64,000 nucleotides of DNA, from the NCBI GenBank assembly GCA_965237675.1, contig OZ250150.1, positions 4,736,001 through 4,800,000 on the forward strand, in the 5' to 3' direction. This DNA is from Candidatus Latescibacterota bacterium. Lineage in GTDB: Bacteria; Latescibacterota; UBA2968; GCA-2709665. Positions 48,718-61,674 of this stretch are shown here, piece by piece. Position 1 is the stretch's first letter; each line of letters starts with the position of its first letter. The translations under genes were made by a program, and so were the position numbers. The notes below the pieces were generated by a model. It did not search any database, was not told the DNA's origin, and saw only the letters and a program-made list of their open reading frames with translations.

Positions 48718-49168
48718 CCTTTCCGCCCTTCAGTAGACCGCAGCCCAGTATCAACAGGCCGGCCCCTACCGTAACGGAGGCGTCGGCGACGTTGAACACC
48801 CACCAGCGAAGGGATCCGAAGCCGAAATCCAGGAAATCAACCACGGCACCGAAACGGATCCGGTCTACGACGTTGCCGACGGCTCCCCCCAGCACAAGCG
48901 CCAGGCCGGCCGAAGCCAGCCGTTCCGCGGCCGGCAACCGGAACCACATCACAGCCACGATCATCAGTGCGATCCCGGTGAAGATCAGATGGGCTACGTT
49001 TCCCCCCAACCTCAAACCGAAAACGGCGCCGGGGTTCCGGATATAGGTCAACTTGAAAAAAGATCCGAGGACGGGAATCGACTCTCCCAGATACATCGTA
49101 TCCATCACCAGGTGTTTTGTCACCTGGTCCAAAACAAGGACAGCACCCGAAATCCAGAGGATGCGCAT
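48704..49168 (-). CDS. lspA: Lipoprotein signal peptidase II
   Basis: DQVTK, NPGAVFG, GAVGNVVDR, VVDF, FNVAD. Confidence 0.95.
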   Translation of the reverse strand: MRILWISGAVLVLDQVTKHLVMDTMYLGESIPVLGSFFKLTYIRNPGAVFGLRLGGNVAHLIFTGIALMIVAVMWFRLPAAERLASAGLALVLGGAVGNVVDRIRFGAVVDFLDFGFGSLRWWVFNVADASVTVGAGLLILGCGLLKGGKDEAV

Positions 49169-49226
49169 AACGCCTCCCGTGCGATGGAACGAAAGCGCCC
49201 GGCCACGTGCAACGGGGCCCGTACGA

Positions 49227-49610
49227 TTATGCGGATCGGAAGTTCTGCCGATGTTCCCCTTCCTTGCAGGGAACACACAGCCGTGTTGTCGGCACGGCCT
49301 CCAGGCGCGCTTTCGGGATCTCTTTCTCACACACCCTGCATTCCCCGAACGTCCCGTCCTTTATGCGTTCCAGCGCGTGTTCGACCTGCGTAAGATAGGC
49401 GCCGTCCCGGGAAGCGAACAGGAATGCCTTTTCCCGCTCGATGGAATCGCTACCCAGTTCCGGCATATGGTCCGAGTAAATCTGTCCGCCCGAAGCCTCT
49501 TCGGATGTTGCGTGCATTGAACGTTGCTCCAACATTCCCAGGTCCTGAACAATGGACAGCCGCTTTTCTTCCAGAATCCCCCGGAAGTATTCAAGATCTT
49601 TCTCGGTCAT
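49227..49610 (-). CDS. TraR/DksA C4 zinc-finger protein
   Basis: ALERIKDGTFGECRVC..EIPKARLEAVP..LCVPC. Confidence 0.9.
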   Translation of the reverse strand: MTEKDLEYFRGILEEKRLSIVQDLGMLEQRSMHATSEEASGGQIYSDHMPELGSDSIEREKAFLFASRDGAYLTQVEHALERIKDGTFGECRVCEKEIPKARLEAVPTTRLCVPCKEGEHRQNFRSA

Positions 49611-49707
49611 CGTCTTCTCCGCCTGACATTGCCAATAGTGCGCGCCAGCCAAATGGTGTTGTCATCGAGCGCCCGCGATGCCCGGACCGTATTCGGGCCC
49701 GGGAAAT

Positions 49708-52700
49708 TCAATTGCGTGAAATCCCAATGGTGCCTCGCAGCCCGTTCACCTGCCATTCCCGCGTCAACTGGCAGGAATCGGGCAGTTGACCCACCAGTAC
49801 CTCCTCGGCAAGCGTTTCGCCGCTGACATATGCACGATAGCGGGTGACCGCCCTCTCCAGACAGCCTTCTCCAAAAACCCCAACATGGATGCGATCGACA
49901 ACTTCCAATCCTGTCTCCTTCCGCATGTTCTGCACGCGGTTGACGAATTCACGCGCCGTGCATTCATCGATCAGTTCGTCGTCGAGAAGCACATCCAGCC
50001 CGACGCACAGATTGTTCTCGACGGCCACCACCACGTCGTCTTTCTTCCGGCGCTGGATTTCCAGGTCCTCAAATGCGATCTCTCCTCCCGCAACCTCAAG
50101 CTTCTCACCCGTTTGCAGGCGTTCGATCTCCTCGGACGCCAATCCGGCTATGCGTCCGGTCACCTCTTTCATGCGTTTCCCGAAACGCGGCCCCAACGCC
50201 CGGAAGTTGGGTCTGTAGGAAATTTCGCTCAACTCGGTCTCATCCTCGACCAACACCACCTCTTTGATATTCAATTCCTCGGCGATCAGGCCCTGCATCG
50301 AAGTCAGCGCATCGCGCCCGGCGGTATCGGGCGGCAGCAGGTAGACCCGCCGCAACGGTTGTCGCACCTTCAGGTCGTGCCGGCTGCGAAGCGACCGACC
50401 CAGAGCAACCGCGCGCATCGCCAGATGCATCTGGGCCTCGAGTTCGGGATCGCGTAACGACTCATCGGCCTGCGGCATATCGCACAGGTGCACGCTCTCC
50501 GGAGCTTCCGGATCTGCCCGTCTCACCAGATTCTGATAGATATGCTCGGTCACGAAGGGCAGAACGGGCGCCATGGCCTTTATCAACACAACCAGCACCT
50601 CGTAAAGCGTTTCGTAGACCGCCGCCTTGTCTTCATCGTCTTCCGACTTCCAGAAGCGGCGGCGGCTGCGTCGGATATACCAGTTTGTCAACTTCTCCAC
50701 AAAAGAAACCATCACCGGCACGGTCCGGTACAACCGGTACGCCGACATCTCGGTATTCATATCGTGAAGCAGGGTCTGCAATTCCGACAGGATCCAGCGA
50801 TCCAATTCGTGCGTGCGTACCGCCCCGTTCGCGGTGGCCGGCGTCCAACCGTCGATATTGGCGTAGGTGACGAAGATTCCGCCGTACGCGTTCCACAGTG
50901 GTATGATCACCGAACGCAGGCTCTCCTGAATGCCCCGTTCGCTGATCCTCAACTCCTCGGCCTTGAGCGCCGGTGAGTTTAACAGATACAGCCTCAACGC
51001 GTCCGCGCCGTACGCATCGAGCATTTCGGTGGGCTCCGGATAATTCTTCAGCCGCTTGCTCATCTTGCGTCCGTCCTCTGCAAGCAGCATCCCGTAAACA
51101 ATGCAATTCCTGAACGCCGGCCCCTCGAACAACGCGGCCGCCAGAACCGTCAAGGTATAAAACCAGCCCCGGGTCTGATCCAGCCCTTCTGAAATGAAAT
51201 CGGCTGGAAAATTCGCCTCGAAAAACGATCGGTTCTCAAACGGATAGTGTGTCTGGGCGTAGGGCATGGACCCGGACTCGAACCAACAGTCCAGCACCTC
51301 CGGAACACGTGTCAACGTGCCTCTTCCAGTGGGACTGGGAATTTCGATATGATCGATCAGATGCTTGTGCAGATCCGCCACCTTCTTACCGCTCAGGCGC
51401 TCCAGTTCTTCGCGGCTGCCGACACAAATCGTCTCTTTCGTCTCCTCGTTCCGCCAGACGGGTAACGGCGTACCCCAGTAGCGGTTCCGGCTGACCGCCC
51501 AATCACGCGCATCCGCCAGCCAGCGTCCGAATCGTCCGTTCTTGATGTGTTCCGGCACCCAGCGGACCCGCTGATTCGAGGCAATCATCTGTTCCTTGAT
51601 CGGTTCAATGGCCACGAACCAGGTTGAGATCGCGCGATATATCAGGGGGGAATCACACCGCCAGCAGTAGGGGTAGCTGTGAACCAGCGTGCTCTCGGAA
51701 AACAGCAAACCGCCCTTTCGCAGTCGCCGCACAATATGACGATCGGCTTCCTTGACAAACTGTCCTGTATAGTCCGGCACCTCATCCGTGAACGCGCAGT
51801 CCTCGTCGATCGGACACACGACCGGGATGCCCTTTTCAACGCCCAGCTGATAGTCGTCTTCACCAAAACCGGGCGCGACGTGCACGATCCCCGTACCTTC
51901 TTCGGTCGACACGAAATCGGCCGCAACCACGCGAAACGCGCCCTCATCTCCCAGATTTTCAAAATAGCCGAACAGCGGCTCGTAACGCATCTCCAGCAGT
52001 GCCTCTATCGGCTCCGCCTCCACCCGCGCCACTTCCCCGTTGCGCCCGCCAAACAGGGCATCGAACCGCGGCTCCGCAAGGACCAACTGCTCTCCGTTCT
52101 CCATATGGACGCGCACGTACGGAATGTCTTCGCCGACCGCGAGCGCCATGTTCGAAGGCAGCGTCCAAGGGGTGGTCGTCCAGGCCAGAATCGACGTATT
52201 CGCCTGTCCCAGCACGCGGAAACGCACCGTGATCGAAGGATCCTGGGTATCCCGGTAGCCCCCCTGATTCACCTCGAAATTCGAAAGCGGCGTGGCGCAT
52301 CTGGGACAGTAGGCCAGGGAATAGTATCCCTCGTAGACAAGATCTTTCTCCCACAGGCTCTTGAACACCCACCACACCGACTCCATGAAATCCGAATCCA
52401 TCGTCCGGTATTGGTGGTCCCAATCCACCCACCGTCCGCATCGCTGGATCACCCGTTTCCACTCCGCCGTGTACTGAAGCACCTGTTCCCGGCAGAACTC
52501 GTTGAATCGACTCACTCCGAATGCAAGGATGTCTTTCCTGGACTTCAGGCCCAACTGCCGTTCGGCCTCGTTCTCGACCGGCAGTCCGTGACAATCCCAT
52601 CCAAAGCGCCGGTCCACGCGGTAACCGCGCATCGTCCAGTACCGCGGCACGACGTCTTTGATAATGGATGCCAGCAGATGCCCGTAGTGCGGAAGGCCGC

Positions 52701-52878
52701 TTGCGAACGGCGGCCCGTCGTTGAAGATGAACGAACGGGATTCAGGGCGCGTTGCCACCGACTTCGCAAACGTTCGGTTATCCTCCCAGAACCGAAGGAT
52801 CTCCTTCTCCATTCCGGAAAAGTTCATCCTGCCGGAAACGTCCTCAAACACTCTGTCTGCCTTTTTTTCCGTCGCCAT
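49708..52878 (-). CDS. ileS: Isoleucine--tRNA ligase (type 2)
   Basis: DGPPFASGLPHYGH, GWDCHGLP, GTGIVH, SRNRYWGTPLP, EGLDQTRGWF, KMSKR. Confidence 0.97.
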   Translation of the reverse strand: MATEKKADRVFEDVSGRMNFSGMEKEILRFWEDNRTFAKSVATRPESRSFIFNDGPPFASGLPHYGHLLASIIKDVVPRYWTMRGYRVDRRFGWDCHGLPVENEAERQLGLKSRKDILAFGVSRFNEFCREQVLQYTAEWKRVIQRCGRWVDWDHQYRTMDSDFMESVWWVFKSLWEKDLVYEGYYSLAYCPRCATPLSNFEVNQGGYRDTQDPSITVRFRVLGQANTSILAWTTTPWTLPSNMALAVGEDIPYVRVHMENGEQLVLAEPRFDALFGGRNGEVARVEAEPIEALLEMRYEPLFGYFENLGDEGAFRVVAADFVSTEEGTGIVHVAPGFGEDDYQLGVEKGIPVVCPIDEDCAFTDEVPDYTGQFVKEADRHIVRRLRKGGLLFSESTLVHSYPYCWRCDSPLIYRAISTWFVAIEPIKEQMIASNQRVRWVPEHIKNGRFGRWLADARDWAVSRNRYWGTPLPVWRNEETKETICVGSREELERLSGKKVADLHKHLIDHIEIPSPTGRGTLTRVPEVLDCWFESGSMPYAQTHYPFENRSFFEANFPADFISEGLDQTRGWFYTLTVLAAALFEGPAFRNCIVYGMLLAEDGRKMSKRLKNYPEPTEMLDAYGADALRLYLLNSPALKAEELRISERGIQESLRSVIIPLWNAYGGIFVTYANIDGWTPATANGAVRTHELDRWILSELQTLLHDMNTEMSAYRLYRTVPVMVSFVEKLTNWYIRRSRRRFWKSEDDEDKAAVYETLYEVLVVLIKAMAPVLPFVTEHIYQNLVRRADPEAPESVHLCDMPQADESLRDPELEAQMHLAMRAVALGRSLRSRHDLKVRQPLRRVYLLPPDTAGRDALTSMQGLIAEELNIKEVVLVEDETELSEISYRPNFRALGPRFGKRMKEVTGRIAGLASEEIERLQTGEKLEVAGGEIAFEDLEIQRRKKDDVVVAVENNLCVGLDVLLDDELIDECTAREFVNRVQNMRKETGLEVVDRIHVGVFGEGCLERAVTRYRAYVSGETLAEEVLVGQLPDSCQLTREWQVNGLRGTIGISRN

Positions 52879-53033
52879 GAGGCTTGTTCACTTCGCTGGT
52901 GTGGTCTGGAATGTTGCCGATACGTTCTGTTTCAACGTCCTACTCAGTTCAGGGACCGCGACCGATCGGAATCCTTCTGCGCCGTACCTCAAAACGGTTC
53001 CGGCGGAAACACCGTGCTTCGAGTGACTCGATG

Positions 53034-53504
53034 TTATCGAACCGATTCGCCATTCACCACCGCGACAATCCGGTCCTCGTTCTCCCCCAACAACGCCTTC
53101 TGTTCCGGCCACATCATCACCGGCAGCCGATCGATGGGAAACCAGTCCACGACTTCGTGATGTTCTACGTCCGAGGGCACGACATCCACCTGCTCGGTCC
53201 GGTACAGGAAATAATGGGTGGTCTTCCATTCCGTTCGATAATAATTCATCCGCGCCCGAACGCCCATCGACTGGATCAATTCCAATTCCGTAAACCCCGC
53301 CTCCTCCTCGATCTCCCGACGCGCCGCCGCCTCATCGGTCTCGCCTTTGTCCACGTGTCCCTTGGGCAGCACGTATTTCTCGTACGACTGCTCGCGAATC
53401 AGCGCCACCATTACCTGTCCGTCCGCCACTCTTGCAACCACCCCTCCCGCCGAAACGCGTTCCGGCATGCCCTCGGGTTTCCGGTACCATCGTTCATCGA
53501 TCAT
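53034..53504 (-). CDS. NUDIX hydrolase (Ap4A hydrolase-like)
   Basis: SAGGVV, LPKGHVDKGETDEAAARREIEEEAG. Confidence 0.9.
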   Translation of the reverse strand: MIDERWYRKPEGMPERVSAGGVVARVADGQVMVALIREQSYEKYVLPKGHVDKGETDEAAARREIEEEAGFTELELIQSMGVRARMNYYRTEWKTTHYFLYRTEQVDVVPSDVEHHEVVDWFPIDRLPVMMWPEQKALLGENEDRIVAVVNGESVR

Positions 53505-54388
53505 CTCGTCCCGCCCAGATAGTTTTCATACAGGACGACCAGCCGTTGTCTTGCCGCCCTGGAAATGGCGCCGGGCGCCGTAATAATCGCATCCTGCGCC
53601 GCGTGGTGACACTTGCAATCGGACGCCTCCGGCAGCAGACCGGCGATTTCTTTCACCACTGCATTGGCCCTGCGCGTATTGGCCTTCAAAATGGCCAGCA
53701 CGGCTTCGATGTCCACATCCTCTTCCTGCTCGTGCCAGCAGTCGTAGTCCGTGCCCATGGAAAGAATGGCATAGCACATCTCCGCTTCCCGGGCCAGTTT
53801 GGCCTCTGGAAGCGCCGTCATTCCAATCACTGTAGCATCTGCGGCCCGGCGGTAAAATCGGGACTCGGCCCGGGTTGAAAACTGAGGACCCTCCATGCAG
53901 ACATACGTACCGCCCTCGTGCACGGTTGCGCCCCGATTCTTCGCCGCCCGCGCCACAATGTCCCGCATGTCGGCGCAAAATGGGTCTGCGAAGGCCACAT
54001 GTCCCACGACCCCGTCGCCGAAAAACGTGGAGGGTCGAATCCCCTTGGTACGGTCGAAAATCTGATCCGGCACCACCATGTCTCCGGGCCTGATATGTTC
54101 TCTCATAATTCCTACGGCGCCTACCGCGAGTACGTGGGTGACGTCCAACTGTTTCAACGCGTGGATATTGGCACGGTATTTCACCTCGGAAGGCAGCAAC
54201 CGGTGTCCGCGCCCGTGACGGGGCAGGAATACAACCGTACGTCCATCTATGTTCGTTTCTACCAGCAGATCGGAGGGTGGGCCGAACGGCGTGTCCACCG
54301 CGTGTTCCGCCACCACCGTGACGCCCTCCATCTCGTAGAAACCCGATCCGCCAATCACACCCAGGCCCAACGGCTTTGTTTCTATCAT
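53501..54388 (-). CDS. mtnP: S-methyl-5'-thioadenosine phosphorylase
   Basis: GVIGGSG, PRHGRGH, EGPQFSTRAES, GMTALPEAKLARE, TDYDCW. Confidence 0.93.
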   Translation of the reverse strand: MIETKPLGLGVIGGSGFYEMEGVTVVAEHAVDTPFGPPSDLLVETNIDGRTVVFLPRHGRGHRLLPSEVKYRANIHALKQLDVTHVLAVGAVGIMREHIRPGDMVVPDQIFDRTKGIRPSTFFGDGVVGHVAFADPFCADMRDIVARAAKNRGATVHEGGTYVCMEGPQFSTRAESRFYRRAADATVIGMTALPEAKLAREAEMCYAILSMGTDYDCWHEQEEDVDIEAVLAILKANTRRANAVVKEIAGLLPEASDCKCHHAAQDAIITAPGAISRAARQRLVVLYENYLGGTR

Positions 54389-54458
54389 GGATCCGCTCCG
54401 CTTATGCCGGAAACAACCCGTTTCGCAAAGGCGAGCAGGCGCGAAGACAGACAGGACA

Positions 54459-55022
54459 TCAGTCCTCCGTCTCCGCGTTTTCTCCATTCGGGACCTGGCC
54501 GTTGCCACCCTTTACGTACGCTTCCTCGTCCGCGTCCGTCGCACGCACGTCGTCGTCGTCATCCTGAGACAACTGCGCCAGAAAATCGGACTGGGCCTGA
54601 ACAAGGGACCGGTACCTGGCCACGAACATGTCCCGATGACTTATTAGATTCACGATCTCATTCCGCATCTGCCGCACATGCGAACGCGCTTTTTCCACGG
54701 CCCGATTTCCAAGCGCTTCGGCCTCCTTCACAATCAACCTGCCCTCCGTCCGGGCATTCTCCCGTACATCGTCCGCCGTGAGTTGGGCCGTTTTCAACAT
54801 CTCCTGCAACGTCGATTCCATCTGCGTGTACCGCTCCACTTTCTCCTGCAAATTGGCCTCGCGTTCCTCCGCCTGCAAACGCTCGCGGTGCAGTTCCTCG
54901 AACGCATCCGCAATCAATTCAAGAAAGGCCATCACTTCATCCGGGTCGAGACCTCGAAAAACCCGTTTAAACTCCTGCTTCCGGATATCCAGCGAAGTCA
55001 TCTTCACGGTAACCACCTCCAT
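54459..55022 (-). CDS. divIVA: DivIVA domain protein
   Basis: MTSLDIRKQEFKRVFRGLDPDEVMAFL followed by coiled coil. Confidence 0.9.
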   Translation of the reverse strand: MEVVTVKMTSLDIRKQEFKRVFRGLDPDEVMAFLELIADAFEELHRERLQAEEREANLQEKVERYTQMESTLQEMLKTAQLTADDVRENARTEGRLIVKEAEALGNRAVEKARSHVRQMRNEIVNLISHRDMFVARYRSLVQAQSDFLAQLSQDDDDDVRATDADEEAYVKGGNGQVPNGENAETED

Positions 55023-55174
55023 GACCGTCCTCGGCGCCGGCTGCGCCGGGATACCTCAAGCGGGCGGAAGGGGAAACCGCCACTCGGGGAGAAGAAAAGC
55101 GGGAATCAGGATCCAGAGCCGGGTCGGGAGGGACGCGCGCCTGGAGTAGGCATCCTCGTACCCAACTCCCGACC

Positions 55175-55777
55175 TCACGACGTACTCAATCCGAAAACGA
55201 CGAGAACCGCTCCTTTGGCAAAATTCAACAGGAGGATCAACAGAATCGGTGACAGATCGAACATGCCCAGTGTTGGAATCAGGCGTCGGAAGGGCGCCAT
55301 AACGGGCTCGGTCAGCGCGTACAGCGTCCAGACCAACCGCCCGTTTCGCAAAAAGGGCATCCAGGAAACAATGATCCGGGCGAGGATCAACACCAGGAAA
55401 ACCGAAATTGCGCCGTAAAAGAGCCAGCCTATGACCTGAAGAAAAGCCACGTTCAACAGCGCCCGAACCATCCCTTCCAGTGCCAGAAGCACGTCGTTGC
55501 TGACCCACTTCAGAAAAAATGCGCCCAACAAAGTGGCCAGAATCACGAACAAAGGCGCAATGCCGAGACTGTTGGGGGCGGGCAGGCTCTGCGCGATCGG
55601 CCAGACCATCGGATCGGTCCATTCCCGAACGACCTGAGACAGCCGGCCAAACGGTTGCGCCTTCAACAGTATCCATCGTAGAACCATCAACACAACGACA
55701 ACCACAACCGCCGAAAACGCCACAAAGCTGATGGCTGCCCGCATGTAGTCGAACACCTGCAACAGAACGTATAACAT
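55175..55777 (-). CDS. yggT: YggT family membrane protein (two YGGT repeats)
   Basis: WTDPMVWPI and LTEPVMAPFRRLIP..FDLSPI. Confidence 0.88.
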   Translation of the reverse strand: MLYVLLQVFDYMRAAISFVAFSAVVVVVVLMVLRWILLKAQPFGRLSQVVREWTDPMVWPIAQSLPAPNSLGIAPLFVILATLLGAFFLKWVSNDVLLALEGMVRALLNVAFLQVIGWLFYGAISVFLVLILARIIVSWMPFLRNGRLVWTLYALTEPVMAPFRRLIPTLGMFDLSPILLILLLNFAKGAVLVVFGLSTS

Positions 55778-56004
55778 AATTGCCCTTCGCTGAACCCTGC
55801 CACCGCAGACGGGCAGGCGCCAGACTGGCGGTTAATCGCACCACATTCCGCCCCTAACAGCCCGTTGAAAAAGTCCATCCGGTCTGCGGCCGGCTCTTGT
55901 GGCCGAATTACTGCGTTGCGCTCCCTTCCCGAATCCCCCGATTCGGCTCGGTCGCGCGCCTTGTCTTCGATCGCAATGGCTCGGCCTCGCCTGCAGAGCA
56001 ACTT

Positions 56005-57952
<1,948 letters not shown>

Positions 57953-57985
57953 TATCAACGGACTGCTAAGCACCCTGATCCTGCG

Positions 57986-58675
57986 TTATTGCCTGGAACC
58001 GAAAATCGCCGAGCCGACACGCACCATCGTGGCGCCCTCTTCAATTGCCACTTCAAAATCACCCGTCATTCCCATTGAGAGATGCGTCATCGATACATCC
58101 GGCATTCGTGCCGCCGCAATCTTCTCACTCAGTTCCCGCAACTGAACAAAACAGGGTCGCACCTCCTCCGGGTCCGGTAGAAACAAGCCAATCGTCATCA
58201 AACCTTCCACCCTCACCCCGTCCACTTCGGAAATCAGCCCGACCAGGTCCAGTGTCGCATCGGGCGCGGCCCCAAACTGCGACTCCACCCCGGAGGTATT
58301 CACCTGCACAAGCGTCCGCGCGGACATGCCGTCCTGCACGGCGCGTTTTCCAATTTCCCTCGCCAGCCGCAGACTGTCCACTGAATGTACCATCTGGAAC
58401 AACTGCAGCGCACTCTTCACCTTATTTCGCTGCAAATGTCCCACCATGTGCCAATTCACCGTACCCGCGACCCTGTCTACCTTCGTCTCGGCCTCCTGTA
58501 CCCGGTTCTCTCCCAGCACCCGAACCCCGGCCTCCACCGCTTCGCGGATGACCTCTACGGGTTTTGTCTTGGATACCGCAACCAGAGTTACATCGTGCGG
58601 CTGTCGTCCCGCTCGCTCCGCAGCCCGAACGATGCGTTCCTGGACCCATTTCAGATTCTGCGAAATCGACGTCAT
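57986..58675 (-). CDS. yggS: PLP homeostasis protein (YggS/PLPBP)
   Basis: [41 protein letters not shown]. Confidence 0.96.
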   Translation of the reverse strand: MTSISQNLKWVQERIVRAAERAGRQPHDVTLVAVSKTKPVEVIREAVEAGVRVLGENRVQEAETKVDRVAGTVNWHMVGHLQRNKVKSALQLFQMVHSVDSLRLAREIGKRAVQDGMSARTLVQVNTSGVESQFGAAPDATLDLVGLISEVDGVRVEGLMTIGLFLPDPEEVRPCFVQLRELSEKIAAARMPDVSMTHLSMGMTGDFEVAIEEGATMVRVGSAIFGSRQ

Positions 58676-58903
58676 TGGCGCTCTGCCGAAACGTAAATAA
58701 GTTCAACCCCGGTACCGATACAGAATTGTAAATTTAGAATAAAACGGACGGTTTGGCAACCCATTCGCGGCCTCGAAAGCGCGAAGTTCGACCGACAGCT
58801 TCATGGAAAATCGGATAAATAATTAAAAAAAAGTGGCTTATGCGAATATATCCTGGGATTGGACTGACTCAAGTCCGGTAGTCGTCTGAACTGTCCGCCC
58901 CGG

Positions 58904-61477
58904 TTATGACCGTGACTCACTCCCGTCGTCGTGAATTTTCACGACACCGCGACTCCCGTCCACGGTTACGCGGTCTCCGGTGCGAATGCGCCGCGTCGCG
59001 CCCGACACGCCCACAACCGCCGGAACCTGATACTCCCTCGCGATCACCGAACTGTGGTTCAACACGCCGCCGATTTCCGTTACGACCGCACTCACACGCC
59101 GGAACAGCGGTGTCCACCCCGGATCGGTGCCGAGGGCAACCAGCACCTCCCCGGCCGCCAGCGCCTCGAACTCCTCGGGTCCACGTATCAACCGGGCGAT
59201 TCCGGTTGCCATACCGGGGCTCGTACCGATTCCTTGTAGCCGATCTGCGTCCTGATCCTCGCGGGGAACCGGATTCTCACCACGACCTTCGATCCAGAAA
59301 TAAAACGGCTGCCGGCCTCGCGCGCGTTCGAAGTCGGCGATCCGTCGATGAATTTCGTCCTCGCGAGCCACGGGCTCACCCTTGAACGCATTCTCAACCT
59401 CGGAACACGTCAAGAAAAACACGTCTTCGTTCCGACGCAGCAATCCGCGGGATGCGAGATGGTCCCCCAGCTTCAGAAAAACCACCCGGTATCCGGCAAA
59501 CAGTCTGTCCAGATGAAACCGCAACTCTTCACGGAGTCCGAGATAGATCCTGGCATATTTCAACACAGACCGAAATATCACGGCCCGCGCCCGCCCCCAC
59601 GTCTTTTCCGACAGACGACTCAACACAGCCGTTTCGGCCGCCCGCATCCGTTCCCGCGGATCCTGCCCCGCCGATGCGGGTCCCGCCCAAAGATTCTGTC
59701 GGAGCATCTGCACAACGGCTTCCGGGCGTTCCCGCCATCTCACAGACGTAAAATCCCTATTTGCCGAGCGAATCCCATACACGTCGATAAATGCGTTGAA
59801 CCTGGATGCGAATCCACCGTTGCCTGCCCCCAGGTATTCGAGAAACTCCTCGTCCGTCCCGGTTTCCATGCGCCCTCGCAACCCGGAATCGCTTCGGATC
59901 TCATCCGCCAATTCTTCCAGTGCGGCGTTGCCCTCCGAAGTCTTGTTGCTTTCAGGCACCAGCAACAGATCCTTGAAGGTGACCATCTCGAGTTCCGCCC
60001 AATCGACCACGATCACACGCAGGACCCAGATACAGTTCATCGCAAATGCGTAACTCCACTGGTTGACATCCTGTTGCTGATGCACGGCCAGTGCCGTCAG
60101 ACGATCCACGGCCAGGAGCAACGCATCCGGATCGCCGGCCGAGGCAATCTGCCGCTCGATCGAACGTGCCCGCCGGTTGAATACCGGGAAAAACGCGTGT
60201 CTGACCTTTCGGTGGTTGTTGTGAATCAGGCCGTAGGATTCGGTCATCAGAAAGGCCGGGAGACGCAGCAGTGCCGGCAGAATCCACCTCCAGGTTCGCG
60301 GCGCGCTTTCGACCTCCTCCTGAAGTTTCCGGGGCAGTATAACCAGCGCATCCCCCACAAGAAGTTTCTCCGGAACCAGCTTGAGCGCCTGTGCAACGGC
60401 GTCTGCATTCACGTACATATAACAATCGATCACCTTCATCATATCATTGCGTACCAACGCCCCCAGGCCCAGGCGCCTCGCGGGTCGCTGAAACGTATAC
60501 GCCTCACTCAGGCGGTCCGCAATAATCGACGCCGCCATTGGACACAGGGCTTCGGACCAGAGATCGTCACAGATCCCCCGGGACCAGATCCCCCGCGGCC
60601 GGGACACGGTCGTTGTAATTGGCCGCGCCTGCAGCAGATAGAGCCGCCCGTCGCAAAATGCCCATTCGACATCCTGGGGCTGGCCGTCGGAGAAACTCTC
60701 GATCTCCCTGCCCTGCTGCCACAGCAAATGGAGTTCATCCGCTGAAAGGGCCTCCGCATCCCGAAGCCCGGCCGGCATGGGTTCGGCACGGCGGGCTCCC
60801 GGACGGAGCCTCCACAACTTGTGCGCGATCCGTTTCTCAACCACCCCGCCCGTCTCCCGGTCCAACACGTAGGAATCGGGCGAAACCTCCCCGCCGACCA
60901 CGGTTTCGCCGAGCCCCCAGTTCGCCTCCACAAAAATACCCGGCGCGCCTGAAGCCACCGGGTTCCGCGTAAAAAGAATGCCTGACTTTTCAGCCTCAAC
61001 CATCTCCTGAACCACAACCGCGATTCGAGGAACCAGACCCGGCGCATAGGCTCGCGCCCGGACGTTCCACGCCGAAGCCCAGCACAGCCGGACGTGCTCA
61101 AGCACCGACGCGACATCCGTCAGGTTGAGATAGGTCTCGAACTGTCCGGCAAAAGCGAACGCGCTACCGTCCTCAGACGCGCCCGACGACCGGACCGCAA
61201 CGGACCTCGCTCTTTGACCGACGAGCGTCTCGCTGGATGCGCGAATAGCCTGTTCGACGTCAGGGGGAAACGAACCGCGGGCAACCGTTTCCTCAGTCGT
61301 GCCGGCCGGATCCAGGCCATTGTATTGCAGAAACCGCACACAGGCGTCGGCTGTGACGCAAAACCCGTCCGGGACACGGAATCCGCCGGTAAGCAGGCGC
61401 CCTAAATTCCGCGCCTTTCCGCCAACCTGCTCCGATGACAACCGGGAGGCCCGCGCGAGTTCAACAACAATATCCAT
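58904..61477 (-). CDS. PEP/pyruvate-binding ATP-grasp + substrate domain + phospho-His swivel enzyme (RPH/PigC-like architecture)
   Basis: VGGKARNL, AVRSSG..ED..FAGQFET, DVEWA..LQARPIT; C-terminal TDPGWTPLF..GGVLNHSSVIAREY. Confidence 0.88.
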   Translation of the reverse strand: MDIVVELARASRLSSEQVGGKARNLGRLLTGGFRVPDGFCVTADACVRFLQYNGLDPAGTTEETVARGSFPPDVEQAIRASSETLVGQRARSVAVRSSGASEDGSAFAFAGQFETYLNLTDVASVLEHVRLCWASAWNVRARAYAPGLVPRIAVVVQEMVEAEKSGILFTRNPVASGAPGIFVEANWGLGETVVGGEVSPDSYVLDRETGGVVEKRIAHKLWRLRPGARRAEPMPAGLRDAEALSADELHLLWQQGREIESFSDGQPQDVEWAFCDGRLYLLQARPITTTVSRPRGIWSRGICDDLWSEALCPMAASIIADRLSEAYTFQRPARRLGLGALVRNDMMKVIDCYMYVNADAVAQALKLVPEKLLVGDALVILPRKLQEEVESAPRTWRWILPALLRLPAFLMTESYGLIHNNHRKVRHAFFPVFNRRARSIERQIASAGDPDALLLAVDRLTALAVHQQQDVNQWSYAFAMNCIWVLRVIVVDWAELEMVTFKDLLLVPESNKTSEGNAALEELADEIRSDSGLRGRMETGTDEEFLEYLGAGNGGFASRFNAFIDVYGIRSANRDFTSVRWRERPEAVVQMLRQNLWAGPASAGQDPRERMRAAETAVLSRLSEKTWGRARAVIFRSVLKYARIYLGLREELRFHLDRLFAGYRVVFLKLGDHLASRGLLRRNEDVFFLTCSEVENAFKGEPVAREDEIHRRIADFERARGRQPFYFWIEGRGENPVPREDQDADRLQGIGTSPGMATGIARLIRGPEEFEALAAGEVLVALGTDPGWTPLFRRVSAVVTEIGGVLNHSSVIAREYQVPAVVGVSGATRRIRTGDRVTVDGSRGVVKIHDDGSESRS

Positions 61478-61674
61478 CGTTTTTGCCTTGACGATGCTCA
61501 GCGTTGATTGCCTGCACGATCGCAATTGGCCCGATCGGGTATCCGTCGGGCAGTGCGCCCTTCACATTCCGTATCGTCCGCGTCTCCTGCAACGGGGCCG
61601 GTCTTTCCGTGCGCTTCGGCGCCGGACACCAATCCCCCTTTCTTCATCCTTGCCCCCTGGTCACACGTTTGCGA

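Noticed and set aside
49708-52878. Acquired mupirocin-resistance ileS2
   Set aside because: It is a type-2 IleRS but sits in the conserved divIVA-ileS-lspA-rluD housekeeping context with no mobility genes of its own.
52879-53033. T-box riboswitch upstream of ileS
   Set aside because: Only about 155 bp, with no recognisable T-box consensus or terminator.
35696-53160. Long antisense or alternative-frame ORFs (e.g. 35696-37579 +, 41195-42664 +, 51679-53160 +)
   Set aside because: Shadows of GC-rich genes on the opposite strand, with no motifs.
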